From NCBI GenBank assembly GCA_051313645.2, contig JBNRSN020000017.1, positions 63,674,001 through 63,738,000 on the forward strand: a stretch of 64,000 bases of DNA, given 5' to 3'. How positions within the stretch are numbered: the stretch's first letter is position 1; each line of letters starts with the position of its first letter. Below the pieces are notes generated by a model, which was given only the letters and a program-made list of their open reading frames with translations, did no database searches and was not told the origin of the DNA. Made by a program: the position numbers and the translations under genes. The DNA comes from Centroscyllium fabricii. Lineage: Eukaryota. Positions 50,523 through 64,000 of the stretch are shown in pieces.

Positions 50523-51794
50523 GAATCCAACGCACTCAGCCAAATAGGAAGCCAAAAAGTATTGGGCGATGTACGGAGCGCTCAGAGCACCTAGTTCATG
50601 GGTAGGCTTTTGGAGGTAGACTGCCTCTGCTTTCCTTGAGCTCAAACCCAATAGTGAAAAGGAAACTTGGATATTTCAGCTTCCCAACACCACTCTCTGA
50701 ATCTCAATGCAATGCCACAAGGATACAGTGATAACTTGCCAATGCAGCTGGTGGTCAGGAGCGGGGGGGACTCTGGATGTTAGCCATGCCATGAAAGTGG
50801 AGGTGTGGAGCAGACCGGATGGAACGATTTTTTAAAAAGTTGTGACTTCCTAATGAAGCTAGAGCGAACACGCAGCTTCTGTTGACTCTGGTGCCTGGGT
50901 ATCTAGGCCACAGTCCTTGCGTGATGTAGAACAGGAGGCTAGGATTAAATTGGTGCAAATTTTCATGTACAGTAGTGTCTCGGTGGCATTATGTGGGCTG
51001 TTCAGACTGTTGTTCAGAAGGTACCCTTGGTGAAAATGTGTTCAAAGTTTAAAATTGAAACTTATAGATGAGCTAAAAAGGCTGCCCTCTTCAAGTCAGT
51101 ATTTTTGATGTAATTTATTAAAATTTTTAAGCTGTGCCTAAGCGCATGGCTTGTGTATGTATTTAGCTGTTTGCTCTTGGATTTTGACTAGGATTTATGT
51201 TAAATCCGCACTGTTTGTACATTGAGATTGACCTATATTTCTGTACTGAATCTGTTTGCAAAAGTGAGGCTGGGAAGAATATTGAAGTTTTGTCTTGATT
51301 ATCCCATCTGTGGAATGGGACAAAATGTGACAACAGTTGGGAAACATTACAGCTCAAACAACTTTGCATAGAAATGTTTTTCCAGGGAATAAATGTCAAG
51401 TTGGAATTTGGAATTATTTAATACTTGTGGGAAATTAAATGTGCAGTTAACCAAAAATTACTGGAAACTCGTTATAAAAATTATCACAAGGATTTTGTGC
51501 CAAATTGGAATCCGATTCAGTCGTTGCACTCTGCCCTTTGCGTGGACACGCTCGCTCTCCTTCACTGGAGTGCTCTTGCTCTCACCTACCCTCGGACCCT
51601 ATTCTCTGCTCTTCCCCTGCCCCCGCCCCCCCCAAAAAAAACTTTATCCATTCCCCCCTTGAGTTTTCTGGTGTATATAGGGTTCAGTAAAACCAAAAAG
51701 TCTTTGGAGCTTTACATAATGGCTCTTGATTTATGTTGTTTAAAATAAACAATCCATTTACAGTGCAGAAATGTGATTGCAATCCTCAAGATAT

Positions 51795-52081
51795 TAATAA
51801 TTCAACTTTTTATTGTCCTTATACAATGTACAAGTACATAAACAACGAAATGTGATCTTGCAAGCTCCTAAGAGTCCAGCAGAGCCGCTGCGTCTGTGCG
51901 TGCCGCCATTCCATCTTTCCATCATTCCGACAATCTTCAGCCAACCGCCCCTCCCCGGGGCTCCTTTAGTGACCTTCTGCACCTGGTATTCCCTGGTGGT
52001 CACCCATCCAGGTACTAACCAGGCCTGGCTCTGCTTGGCTTCCAAGCCTTGCCAGTGACCCTGTCCCTAGTCCCAGGAACA
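51795..52081 (-). mobile_element. 5S rRNA-derived SINE, copy 2
   Basis: Colinear and highly similar to 23541-23837. Confidence 0.88.
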
Positions 52082-52852
52082 AGATTTCAAGTTAGTAACA
52101 GATGCGCATTCATATGCTATACCAATACTAGTTTTGGCAACACTTTGTGGAAGGTTTTTTTAAATGCTTGTTTCATGTAGGGAATTTTTAAGCTTGTAAA
52201 AGGCCACATTTGACCCTTTTTTTAATAAAAATAAAAATAAAAAAAATAAAAATCCAGAAATCATAGGACTCGAGTCAATCGTGAGTGTTGGCAGCCCTGA
52301 GATTTTTAGATCTGAAAATCTGCTTATTCTTTCTATTGCTCCAGTTAATAGAATCTTGTCGAAGCAGAATGAAATTGTCATCTATAGTAATGAGTTGAGC
52401 TTAAATTCCCACAGATTTGAAAAATGTCTTCAGATAGTAAACATCCAATTAATGAGTTTAGGGCAATTTTAAACATTTATTTCTCTCGGCCTCTTTTCCT
52501 CTGCCACAGGATTTCTCCGTATTTTAGATCTGTCTAAATATTGTGCTAATTTGTACTCCCACTTGTCAGTTTCTGATGATTGTGTGTTCCAATGAAATAG
52601 TCTATGTAATTGTAGGCAGGGCTTGTTCGGCCTCTGTGGTTTTACCTGGGAATCTGTTAGGTTATTTAAATGTCTGGAGGCCATTTAATTTAGTAATGTT
52701 TGGAAATGTTAAACATTCCAAAAGAGTTCATTAAGTGACGTGATTACAACTTCACTTAATTGAAATTCAGTGCACCTTGCTTGAGTTCAGCCTTAAATTT
52801 GCTATATTTACAAAAGTACTAATTCCAAGTATGTTATGCGACTTGTGCTTAA

Positions 52853-53062
<210 letters not shown>

Positions 53063-53194
53063 TAACATTATCCTAAACTCTCTTTGGATATTTAAGAAAT
53101 TCTTTATTCATCAAACGAATATGCCAATCAGCTCGAACCAGCTATTAATCGTATAGCCAATGCTTTGAATTTAGCGCTGCTTTATTTGGAACCC

Positions 53195-54007
53195 GGGGGG
53201 GGGTGTTCGCAAAGGTGTGGGAAACGGGCGGGTTTTGGGCGGATCAGGTTTCTGACATGAATGTTCAAGGACCTGGGAGCCCCATGCAATTTTGGCTTAA
53301 TTGGCCAATTAATTGCCCGTGTCAGAGCCCCTGCCAATTGACTGATTCCAGTCAGAAAGTGGTGGCACGGCAGCTGACAGCTGGCGGTTTGATTGACAGG
53401 GCTAAGGACTGTTAGTTTCTATGGAAACAGTGCATTGTGACATCACCATGGAGTGCAACCAATCTCAAAAGCCCAAGTGGGTGGAGTGACAGGTCTAAGG
53501 ACACGCTGGAAAGCTCTCGCAGTTAGGGGCCGTCTCTGAAGCATTTCCATTCATCTGTCAGCTAAGTTTGTGGAAGGTTTTTTCTACAGCTGCTCTTCCC
53601 CCAAGGGAGTCACACCTCCCGGGGTGTTGAAGGCCTCGAAGGCATTCTGCTACAGGTGCTTCAATGCCTTGAAGGTGTAAGTGACCAAGCCTAATGTGAT
53701 CCCGCTAGGTTTCAGGATGGTAGGGTATGGGTGGGAAGGGCTTCACAATCGCGAGCGGCCCTTAAAATGGGATTACCCATGGTAATTAAGGGCCCTTATG
53801 AGCACAACGATCAACCCCGCCGGTGACGGATGGGAAAGATTCGGGCCGGCTAGAGACGCCGGATGAAAACTGCAAAGCAGTGGGGATCTGGCGGGAGGGG
53901 TTGGGGAAACACCCCCCCCCCCCCCCCCCCGGTTTCGGGATTTTAAGCCCCACCCTGCCGGAGACCTGCCCTCACAGCCTTCCAAAAATCCCATCCCCCC
54001 CCCCCCC
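53195..54007. mobile_element. MITE-like insert, sister of 33900-34685, inside the U12 intron
   Basis: Shared blocks cccatgcaatttt, gtttc(c/t)atggaaac, tgtgacatcacc, ggcccttaaaatgg. Confidence 0.7.
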
Positions 54008-54234
54008 AAAGCAACTGAATGGGAAAGTGATAAATTGCCCACAAATTGAGAAGGTTGTTAAGACATATAGAACATAGATTATACAGCACTGTACAGGCCC
54101 TTGGGCCCTCAATGTAGTGCTGCGCTTAGTCCGTCTCTGATTTTTCCTGTCCCTCCCACCCCCCCCCCTCTTCATTCCCCTCCATGTACCTATCTATCAT
54201 CATTTTAAAAGCTCCCAGACTGTCCGCATCCACT

Positions 54235-54700
54235 TATGGGGTCCTTAGCTTTATAAATAAAGCACAAAAGCAAGGAAGTTATGCTAAACCTTTTTATAAA
54301 ACACTGGTTAGGCCCCAGCTGGTGATATTGTAGCCAATTCTGGCCACCACTCATTGGAAAGGATGTCCAGGCATTGGAGAGGGTGCCGAGGAGATTTACT
54401 GGAATGGTACCAGGGATGAACAGTTATGTGGAGAAGCTGGGATTTTTCTCCTTGGAGCAGAGGGTTAAAGGGAGATTTTGTAAGTGGTGTTCAAAATAAT
54501 GAAGGGTTTTGATGGAGTAAATAAGGAGAAAAAAGCTTCCAGTGGCACAAGGGTTGGTAACCAGAGGACACAGATTTAAAGTAATTGGCAAAAGAACCAG
54601 AGGCGACATTGGGGGGGGGGGCGGGGGGAACTCCGCAGCGAGCCATGATCGGGAATGCTCTGCCTGAAAGGGCGGTGGAAGCTGATTCAATAACTTTCAG
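54235..54700 (+). mobile_element. CR1-clade LINE fragment
   Basis: Decayed YKTLVRPQL..QFW..ERV.RRFT coding sequence. Confidence 0.8.
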
Positions 54701-54838
54701 TGATTTTTTGTTGCTGTAAATGAAATCCATAGTTAAAATTAGCTGTGTCTCATCCTGGGGGGCGGGCACGGGGTGAAGAGGGAGAGTAGAAATTCAGTAT
54801 CATTTAGAAATCTCATAATTTTCAAAATGTTTGAAGAT

Positions 54839-55141
54839 GGGTGGCACGGTGGCATAGTGGTTAGCACTGTTGCCTCACAGCGCTAGGACCCGGGTTCAAA
54901 TCCAGCCTCGGGTGACTATCTGTGTGGAGTTTGCACATTCTCACCGTGGGTTTCCTCCGGGTGCTCCGGTTTCCTCCCGCAGTCCAAAGATGTGCGGGTT
55001 AGGTTGATTGGCCATGATAAATTGACCCTTGGTGTTATGGGGGTTAAATATGTGAGGTTACGGGGATAGGGTGGGATATTTGTCGGTGCAGGCTCAATGG
55101 GCCGAAATGGCCTCTATCTGCACTGTAGGGATTCTATGATT
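54839..55141 (+). mobile_element. V-SINE (HE1-like), full length
   Basis: Highly similar to 12740-13049. Confidence 0.88.
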
Positions 55142-55234
55142 TAGGGGAATAGGTTATTAAATTTCAATTTTAACTACTTGCATGAAAATACACTTGGTTT
55201 AATTAGTGTTTGGCCACTGTTTTTAGAAGTTTAT

Positions 55235-55521
55235 GACCCATCTTTAAGTTTAGATGATTTGTGCATTGCCGTGTTTGTGGCCAAGCTCGCAGTCGGGGAA
55301 CAGCATATCGACCGTTTGGAGCGAGATCGGCCGTTTGCAGGGGGGAGATCGGACGTTTTTTTCCTCCGCACGGCATCAACAGCACGAGATCGGAGTAGGA
55401 ATGTGTTTTTTCTGCTGCAGCTTCAAATTATTTAAGAAAAAAATTATGTTGGCGCAACCCTGGACTTCGGTTTTTGGAGCTTTTTGGTTTTTGGAGTTGC
55501 GGATGAGGGATTGTGTACCTG
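55235..55521. mobile_element. Partial Tigger-like MITE
   Basis: CpG-rich body ending ggatgagggattgtgtacctg|ta, like the right TIR at 24860-24880; left TIR not found. Confidence 0.5.
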
Positions 55522-55585
55522 TACTGCAATTCACTAAATATGTTTTAATAGTTGAAACTTGTTTAGAGATTATCCTTGACTTTGA

Positions 55586-55702
<117 letters not shown>

Positions 55703-56918
55703 TAATGTTGCGAAGAATATTCTCGCTCCACCTCCCCCAGCTTACAAAACTAGTCAAATGTATGAATTTAGGTCGGGTATAATACAGTTTGGTGAATACG
55801 ATGCTTCTATCCTCCCCCAGCTCTATTTGACTGGAAAACTAAGTTCAGGCATGGTTCAAGAAGAATATAAAGCAGCATTTCTTTCCAAATTTCATTGGCA
55901 ATGAGACATCTGGGATTGATCTTAACTTCAGTTAAGGCTTGGGTCTCTGAAGTGGTTGCAAAATACACACGTTGGAATTTTTTTTCAACCTCTGATTAAA
56001 ATTGGGTGTTGATGTTATCCAAAGTTGATTTGCACAAAATTTGCGCACATAATGTGGAAAGCATCAACACTGCTTAATTTTTTTCAATACATATATTTTG
56101 GCATTCGTAAGAGAACTGGAACAATTTCGTTTTGACCCATTGTCTAAATGCCACAAGTGATTTCACAGTTTTGGCACAGCTTTGTTTAATCACTTCTTCA
56201 ATCATACTCTATTGGAATTCGTGGATGGGGCAGAATGACTTTTGTGTTATGCTTCCATTTGTACCAGTTTGTTCCCCTAATTGCTTGGTGGGTAGAAGCA
56301 CTGACCAGTGCTCCACTAAACCATGCAGCCCAGAAGCGAGCAGTTTTAATTCCCTGTCTCTGCTGGGGTAACAGTTGGGCTCCTCCGATTAGCCTTGGCA
56401 CCCTTGACTTGCGGCAGAGGAAACATTAGCCCAAGGTGTTCCCCCCCCCCCCTCCTGATCACAATCAAGTGATTTTTTTTGTTGCTGGGAAGTGTTCATT
56501 GGCTGAGCACAGGCTACAGTTCAGCTGTGATGGCCTCCATGGTCAAATAAGTTGTTAATGTTCACTGTTGGAGGCATAGCTACATGGCTTGGGTATTGTA
56601 AAGCTGACTGCGTTTGTGGAGCTACAACCCAGCAAGAGTCTTTCCATTTAGGAAAGAAGGTGAACAGCGTTTGTGGGGGGGAGGGAGCGGAAGATACTAT
56701 TTTGAGGCTGCCTTTATTGAGCTTAAATCCATTTCCTGCAACCTATTCACCTTTTTTTGGAATTTTGTTTTTGATGCTTCTAATCCTCTCTACCTAGTAC
56801 ACCAATAAACTTCTCTAGTTTAGTGTAGTTCTACTTGTGCTTTTTGTATTTTACAATGTATTTTCAGTTTCTGGCATGAAATCAATGATCTTTTTTAAAC
56901 AATTTTTTTTACGAACAG

Positions 56919-57062
56919 CTGATTTGCTTCTTGAAGGATTTAATTATTATCGTTTCCTATCCAATGGTTACGTCCCTATCCCTGGACAGCAGGAGAAGGA
57001 TAACTTCCAAGAAACCATGGAGGCAATGCACATCATGGGTTTCTCCCATGAGGAAATTTTCT
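56919..57062 (+). CDS. MYH10: MYH10 exon, 144 nt, [47 protein letters not shown]
   Basis: aacag acceptor, gtaagt donor, phase 1-1; in frame with its neighbours. Confidence 0.97.
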
Positions 57063-57955
57063 GTAAGTTACTGCGTTTGCTATATTATTAATAGCCAATC
57101 CATACGCAAGTATACATAAGGTTATCGGTTAGATTTTATGGTCTCAAAGGTGAGAAAACAAACTTTTGATGGACTTCATTTTTTTTAAACTATGAAAACG
57201 CGAAGGTAATAAATTGGGATAATATCGTGTGGTGGCTGGTTAACATACAGAAAGCATCTTAATAGAACTTGCTGAGGCCATTTAAAAAAAAAAAAAAAAA
57301 AAAAAAAAGTTTTCAGTACACATCAGAAAAATGACTAATAGCACCTTGCCGCAGAAAAAATCAGCAGTCGGTGTACGAGTCAAACAAAATTATATATAGT
57401 ATGCATGTATAGACTGGCATCTGTAATTGCGATTTGTCAATTTTAGTGGTTTTCTTGCTGATTTTTATTAAGTTTGTTTGCAGGGCCTTCCCAATTTGAT
57501 GTAAATCTATACAACCAATGCAATCATGAAAAACATGCACCTCCAATTTTTAGTGTAATATTCTTGTGGACTTTAAAATTCATTTTCTGAGATCAAATAT
57601 TTAATGAAACAAGTAAATCACAGTTGAAACATTGGACTGTGCATACTGCTTGCTCATAAGGGCATTGAGAAAAGAGAGCGAAAAGGTTCAAAGTCCCAAT
57701 TAATTTCTATCCTTTTTTTATCTGTGCTTCTGATTCTCGGGCATATATTGACCACCACACTGGTTCACTTAACAACTGGAAGAGATGTATTTTCCTATAC
57801 ATTGCATGAGATGGATTTTGAGAAGCATTTAACATATTTCTGGTGGTCATAACCTCAGCTTAAGCATACTTGGAGAATTTGTCTTGTCATTCACCTGCCC
57901 CCTCAGAACTCCAAAATTTGACCATCGGAAGTAATTTCATTGCTAGGAAAATATT

Positions 57956-58646
57956 GGCCCAGAAATTAGGATCGGCGGCTTGCCGCGAGTGCAAGCCTCC
58001 TAAGTTGACTTACGGAGCGCACCTGCCATTCTCCATTTCTGGAACTTGAACTGCTGATCCTAGGCCCAGCCGCAAGCACCACGCTGGTGCAACTCGGCGT
58101 CGGAGATAGTGCGAGGCTCCGCGCGGGACCACGTGGTCCGCGGGGAGCCAATCCGAGCAAAGAATGCGCCATTCATAGGTTATGAAATACAAGAGCCCCA
58201 AAATCACACTAAACATTAAAATAAATAAAAAATTAATCACATTTTTAAATATTACTAAATTAGCTATTAAACTCAAAATTTTGAAAAAACAGTGTCTAAA
58301 AAAACAACTTGCCTGTCTTTAAAGTTTAAAAAATGAAAAACCTGTTGTTTTGTTTTTTGGTTTTTTTTAATGCTTAAATTGAATAAAATAGACTTACCTG
58401 ATGAAATCCACTCCTTGCGCTTGAAAAAAAGGAGCCGTAAATATTTAAATACTTACCCTGAAAAAAAATTCACTGCGCAGCTAAAGCTGCGCAGGCCAAC
58501 ACACTGGGGCTCCCAACCCCTCCAGACCCGGCATCGGAAGTGCTGGTTCTGTGCGCATGCACGGTGTACGCCAGGAACCAGCACTTAGGGCTGCACGCGC
58601 AAGTACCCCCTCCGTACTCGCGTGTTGCGGCCCTAATTTCTGGACC
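57956..58646. mobile_element. PIF/Harbinger-like MITE
   Basis: TIR ggcccagaaattagg / cctaatttctggacc; flanks ATT/AAT. Confidence 0.8.
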
Positions 58647-60285
58647 AATGTGAATTTTGGGTTGGTACCATTTGTTCTACTCTAAACCCCATCCAATATT
58701 AAATTGCTGAAAGCCAATTAGAAATGGTATTCTATTTCTTCATCTTCAAGCTAAAGACTTAGATTAGATTGCTTTTTTTTGTTACTTTTAAAATACAGCA
58801 AACAACTATTCTACTAGAATTTGATTTTGACCAATTTACAAATTAATCCACGTTCTGACTAAATTCATTCAGAAGCGAATTTTTGCTTTTCAGTTTAATG
58901 TGTTGCTGGCTCCATTCTCTGTTCAGTTTCTCTTCTCTGTTCAGTTTCTCTAACGCCACACCTGCAGTGTAATGTAGTAATTATAGTTGTAGTAATGCAG
59001 TATGGTAAACTGTGTAAGGAATTGCAATCAAAGGATATCGGATGGATCATTAACCCTTTTTAATACAATTTTGATTGGCAATTGAACTTCACTGTTTGCC
59101 ACCCACCACAGTGGGGCTGCGGTACACTACTGAGCGAACTGGTTAATCTTGTCAGTCATCAAAAATAAAGCCTCAAACACAATTATGAGCTAACACTTCA
59201 TTATGAATACATCTATGATAAAGCTATAACCATCATTAAGCAATTAATTACAGGTACTTGGGTAGATATTAATGGACCGTCTAAAAACATTAAAAATATA
59301 GTTTGAGTACATCACTATCTTGGCTTTAGCCAATCTTTGCTTTAACAGTCCAAGGTTATAGTGCACTTTAGAAGATTACTTTCAAAGTCTCTTTCATTAC
59401 ACCAGTATTAAACTGCCAGCATCAAACAGTGCTACACTTGGATGGTATACAAACTTGTTCTTCTGGGATCAGCTGTGGTACAGTTGGGCAGATGTGTCTC
59501 CCCCTGGAACATTCAATCACTCTGGGGACATCAGATTGTCCGTCTACTTCCATAGTTATTTGTATTCTTTCCATCGTTGGTCCTTGTTTCTCATGCTGGT
59601 TTAGCCAATGTTACATGTCTATTACCTTTGGATTGCTACACATGGCTCTGTTGTCACTGTGTGGTGCATTACACAGTTGCTTCTGTCAAGATATACCTGA
59701 ATACAGACCATATGATTTTGAAATATTGTCAACCTTCAGCGAGGTTGAAAAAAGCTTTAAATTTCCAAGTGTCCTCTTATTATTGAGGGTGTTGTACGGT
59801 TTCGTTAACGGTGCAAACCTACTATGACTAGATATAGATCAGTGCAAAGTGGTTTTGCTTCACTGCAATCGGTGTACATGTAGTCTGTCTGACACCTGAG
59901 CAAGGAGATGGTAATCCTGCTCCACTTCATTGTGGAGAAAGTTTGGGCCTTGATGTCCAATTTGCACTCTGTGCAAATTGAATACTGCTCCTCCCCAATA
60001 GTAAGCTTATAGTGTGACTGCACTGTAAGCCTAGTCTACATCACAACTAGTTTGCTGGTTAAAGCAGACAACATGAAGATGGACCCAAGAAATTTGTGGG
60101 AAAGATTGACACCAGGCAACTCTGAAACCTGGTGAATATTGCTCCATCACACTCATTACTAGAAAGATTAAAAATTTCCAATAGCTGGATATTTTGATGG
60201 ATATTTCCTATAGTGTGGCATTTTGATGGGTATTTGAGAAATTCTTTCCTCTGTTAATTGTTCTGATATGTTATCTTGCTCACAG

Positions 60286-60381
60286 CAATGCTGAAAGTGG
60301 CTTCATCAGTACTGCAGTTTGGTAATATAGTCTTCAAGAAGGAGAGAAATACAGACCAAGCATCTATGCCAGACAACACTG
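60286..60381 (+). CDS. MYH10: MYH10 exon, 96 nt, [31 protein letters not shown]
   Basis: cacag acceptor, gtaagt donor, phase 1-1. Confidence 0.97.
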
Positions 60382-60603
60382 GTAAGTTTATTTAATGGGT
60401 TCATTGTCTTTTAGTTATCATCTGTTCCAACATAAGTGGGTATTAAGCCATTTGCCATTATGTTTAATATACAGACAAAATTTCTCGTGTCACTAAGCTG
60501 GATCTAAGTAATACAGTGGCAGCAAATGTAACATTAATATGGCACAGGATAGCCACAAAGATTATCTTTAATCTCTTCACACATTCACCTAAGCCAGCTC
60601 AAC

Positions 60604-60900
60604 AATAATAATTCAACTCAACTTTTTTATTGTCATTATACAATGTACAAGTACATGAACAACGAAATGTGATCTTGCAAGCTCCCAAGAGTCCAGCAAA
60701 GCCGCTGCGTCTGTGCGCGCCGCCATTCCATCTTTCCATCATTCCGACAATCTTCAGCCAACCGCCCCTCCCCGGGGCTCCTTTCGTGACCTTCTGCACC
60801 TGGCATTCCCTGGTGGTCACCCCTCCAAGTACTAACCAGGCCTGGCTCTGCTTAGCTTCCAAGCCTTGCCAGTGGCCCTGTCCCTAGTCCCAGGAACAGG
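60604..60900 (-). mobile_element. 5S rRNA-derived SINE, copy 3
   Basis: Colinear and highly similar to 23541-23837. Confidence 0.88.
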
Positions 60901-61234
60901 CCTCTTCTAACCTAGTTCTGGAGGCCCCATTACCAGAAGCCTAGCTGAGTTAGGTAAAACAGCACAGACTAGGGATCAAACCAACTAGCTGTCGTCTCTA
61001 AGTGTCAAATACTTAAACTCACCTGAGCAATGAAGGGAGCTTTACAATATAAAAGTTCTGTTGGTTTGTACATGAAATGAAGAAATTTGTCAGCAACGAT
61101 GGAATCAATTTGTGAATTGGATACAGTCCAATATCAAGATTACACAAGTCCAGAAACCAACAGGTAATTGCATAAATATTGATGCGTTGTAGCATAGGTA
61201 GATAGAGCAGATTTGCCCTTTTTAAAGAGACATG

Positions 61235-62314
61235 GGGCGAAAAATTCATCCGCGCACGGATTGGGCGCTAAATTTGCCGATGTGCTCTAAATTAGCGCTG
61301 ATGCAGCCGATATTGGTGCTAGCGGTGGCCTTGCTGATTTTGGCACTAATTCACGCCTTGCACAGCTTCCAGGTGGCCAATATACAGCCGCTAATGGCCG
61401 TTCCCAGGCGCAGCCTTCCCTCACTAACTGCTTGCTTTCCAATGACCTCTGCAGCCGATGAGGCCTTAAAGGAGAAGCAAAGCAGCAGCTGTTCTCTGTG
61501 CTCTCTGATCAATTGCCGCTGGGGGGTCACCCGACTCCTGCTCGGTGGGTGTTACACTGGAAAGCTGAGGGGGCTCTGACTTGCTGTAGATAAATTCAGG
61601 AACAATGAACACTAAACACAGCGTGATTCCTCACAGACCGCAGAATCGGGGGCCGGCTCTCTGATCAGTTGCCGGGTGACCCACCGAGCGGCAACTGATC
61701 AGAGAGCCGGCCCCCGAATCTGTGGTCTTCTGTGAGGAATCACATTCTCAAATTCTCAACGCTGATCAATGAAGGAGAGGTCACCGAATCTGTGGTCTTC
61801 TGAGAGGTATGATGCTGTGTTTCGTGTTCGTTCTTCCTGAATTTATCTACAAATCAGAGCCCCCTCAGCTTTCCAGTGTAACACCCACCGAGCGGGGGTC
61901 GGGTGACCCTCGAGCGGCAACTGATCAGAGAGCCGGCCCCCCTCTCCGCGCTCATCAATTGGCTGCTCAGGCCGACTCCCCTCATCAGCTGGCTGCACTC
62001 TGACCGAAGAGGGAGGGTGGCCCTTTTAGCAGCGCTGCAGCGGCCACTCAAACCTGCTGCAACACTTGCAAAAGCTGGCGCTGATGGCGCCTTTCCACCG
62101 CCCCCCGCACTAAGCCCAATATCTGGCGCAGCCCGCCGGCGGGTGTTGCCCACGCATTGCCACGGCGATTGTTGATCGGCAGGTGGTGCAGCGCTAACGT
62201 TTAGCGCCGGTGCTAACCACTAGGCCAATTTAGCGCCCGGCGCTAATTTGGGTGCTACATCGGCGCTGCCCAATTAGTGCAGATTTTTGGCGCTATGGTG
62301 CCAATTTTTCGCCC
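61235..62314. mobile_element. PIF/Harbinger-like MITE with a long internal palindrome
   Basis: TIR gggcgaaaaatt / aatttttcgccc; TSD ATG; subterminal TAGCGCC arrays; related to 6877-7772. Confidence 0.82.
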
Positions 62315-62317
62315 ATG

Positions 62318-63135
62318 GAATTCAAAAGCCGAGAAGTTATGTTAACCTTGTATAGAACCTTGGTTAGATCACACTTTGAGTACTGTGTGCAGTTCTGGTC
62401 TCCGTATGATGAGAAGCAGCAAGTGCAAAAACTATTTAGAAGGATGATGCCAGAATTGAGAGGGTAATACTATCAGGAAAGACTCTGGCTATTTTCTCGA
62501 AGAGAAGGCTGCGAGGTGACTTAACAGAGGCCTTTAAAATTATGAAGGGGTTCGATAGGGTAGACGTAGAGATGCTTCTACTTGTGAAGGAGTCCAGAAC
62601 TAGGGGCCATAAATATAAGATAGACACTAATAAATCCAATAAAGAATTCAGGAGAAACTTCTTTATTCAGTGGAGTGATGAGAATGTGAAACTTCCCACC
62701 ACATGTGGTTGAGGCAAATAGCAAAGTTACATTTGGGCCTAAGCTAGATAAATAATTGAAGGTGATAACAAAATACTGCAGATGCTGGAAATCCGAAATA
62801 ACAACAGAAAATGCTGGATAAGCTCCGCATTTCAGGCAACATCCGTAAGAGAAATGGGAGTCAAAGTTTCGGGTTGGGACCCTTTAGGTAATAGTCTCGA
62901 TAAAGGGTCCCGACCCGATATGTTGACTCCTGGTGCTCTCACGGATGTTGCCTGAACTGCTGAGATTTTCCAGCAGTTTGTTATTTTAAATAAATGAAGG
63001 TAATAGGAGTAGAAGGATGTGTTGATGGGGTTAAAGAAGTAATGTGGGAGGAGGCTTGTTTGGCGCATAAACACTGGCATGGACCAGTTGGGCCTAATGG
63101 CCTGTTTCTGTGGTCTGTGGTGTAAATCCTATGTA
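62318..63135 (+). mobile_element. Old CR1 LINE 3' fragment interrupted by a family B insert
   Basis: [29 protein letters not shown] translation; tail gggcctaatggcctgtttctgtg. Confidence 0.82.
62764..62987. mobile_element. Penelope-like fold-back insert, family B
   Basis: Imperfect TSD aaataa(t/a)tgaaggt at 62750-62763 and 62988-63001; inverted arms each with a GGGTC(CC)(G/A)ACCC-GA stem II remnant. Confidence 0.78.
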
Positions 63136-63640
63136 AAGAAAGATGGCCAGTATCGAACCATAGAGGTTTACAGCACTGGAGATGATTTGGCCGACTGTCT
63201 ACCAGTTTTTGCTGGAGCTATCCAAAATCCTACTGTCTTCCTTTCCCCAAAGCCCTGTACCTTTCTTTGTTTCATATGTTTATCTAATTGTCCCTTTACA
63301 ATTGTTCCTCAACTGCTTCATGTGGTAAAGTTTTCAGGATTTAATAAATCTGAAGAAATTTCTCCTAAACCCTTTTCTCACTCTTGGAGGCTCATGCATG
63401 AATAATGGACACTTGGTTGGTGGTGGGGGGGGGGGGGGTGGAGAACTAAAAACTGAATGGAGTTTCTCCAGTAATCAGTTATTAAATCATTCGGGGATTA
63501 TACAAATGCTGCTTAGATCGTATGTGGAATATATTTTTGACTGCATGCCTGTTCAAAAAGGGATTTATATTTTAACTTGCACAGAATATAATGTTGCCAC
63601 TTGTTTAGAGAACTTTGTAAATTAATGAATGTTCTCTTAA

Positions 63641-63784
<144 letters not shown>

Positions 63785-63820
63785 TAAGTTAATTGAAGCT
63801 CTTTTTGTGCCGTATTATAA

Positions 63821-64000
<180 letters not shown>

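Noticed and set aside
57283-57308. Poly(A) run as a retrocopy tail (also 37618-37636)
   Set aside because: No upstream transcript-like sequence or TSD was seen; simple homopolymer.

Overview
Eukaryotic DNA, very probably from a cartilaginous fish (shark-type repeat content; inference). The window lies inside one + strand gene, non-muscle myosin heavy chain IIB (MYH10). Eleven motor-domain exons splice in frame from DREDQSILCT to IAGFEIFE. Two of them are loop-1 microexons: the 30-nt B1/N30 exon with a GC donor and a NAGNAG acceptor, and a 21-nt SGTSLLY exon. One intron is U12-type. The gene start and end lie outside the window. About 98% is intron, much of it filled with CR1, L2, RTE, RTE-X and Rex1 LINE fragments, V-SINE/DeuSINE copies, and Tigger-like and Harbinger-like MITEs. 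Most notable: (1) two families of short fold-back Penelope-like inserts with 12-16 bp target-site duplications that carry minimal hammerhead ribozyme motifs, two with intact cores on the pre-mRNA strand; (2) a three-copy 5S-derived SINE whose tail matches a Rex1/Babar LINE end in the same window; (3) a tail-switched V-SINE subfamily; (4) nested inverted repeats around the P-loop exon. Repeat family names come from motif recognition, not database searches, and repeat boundaries are approximate unless a TSD is given.
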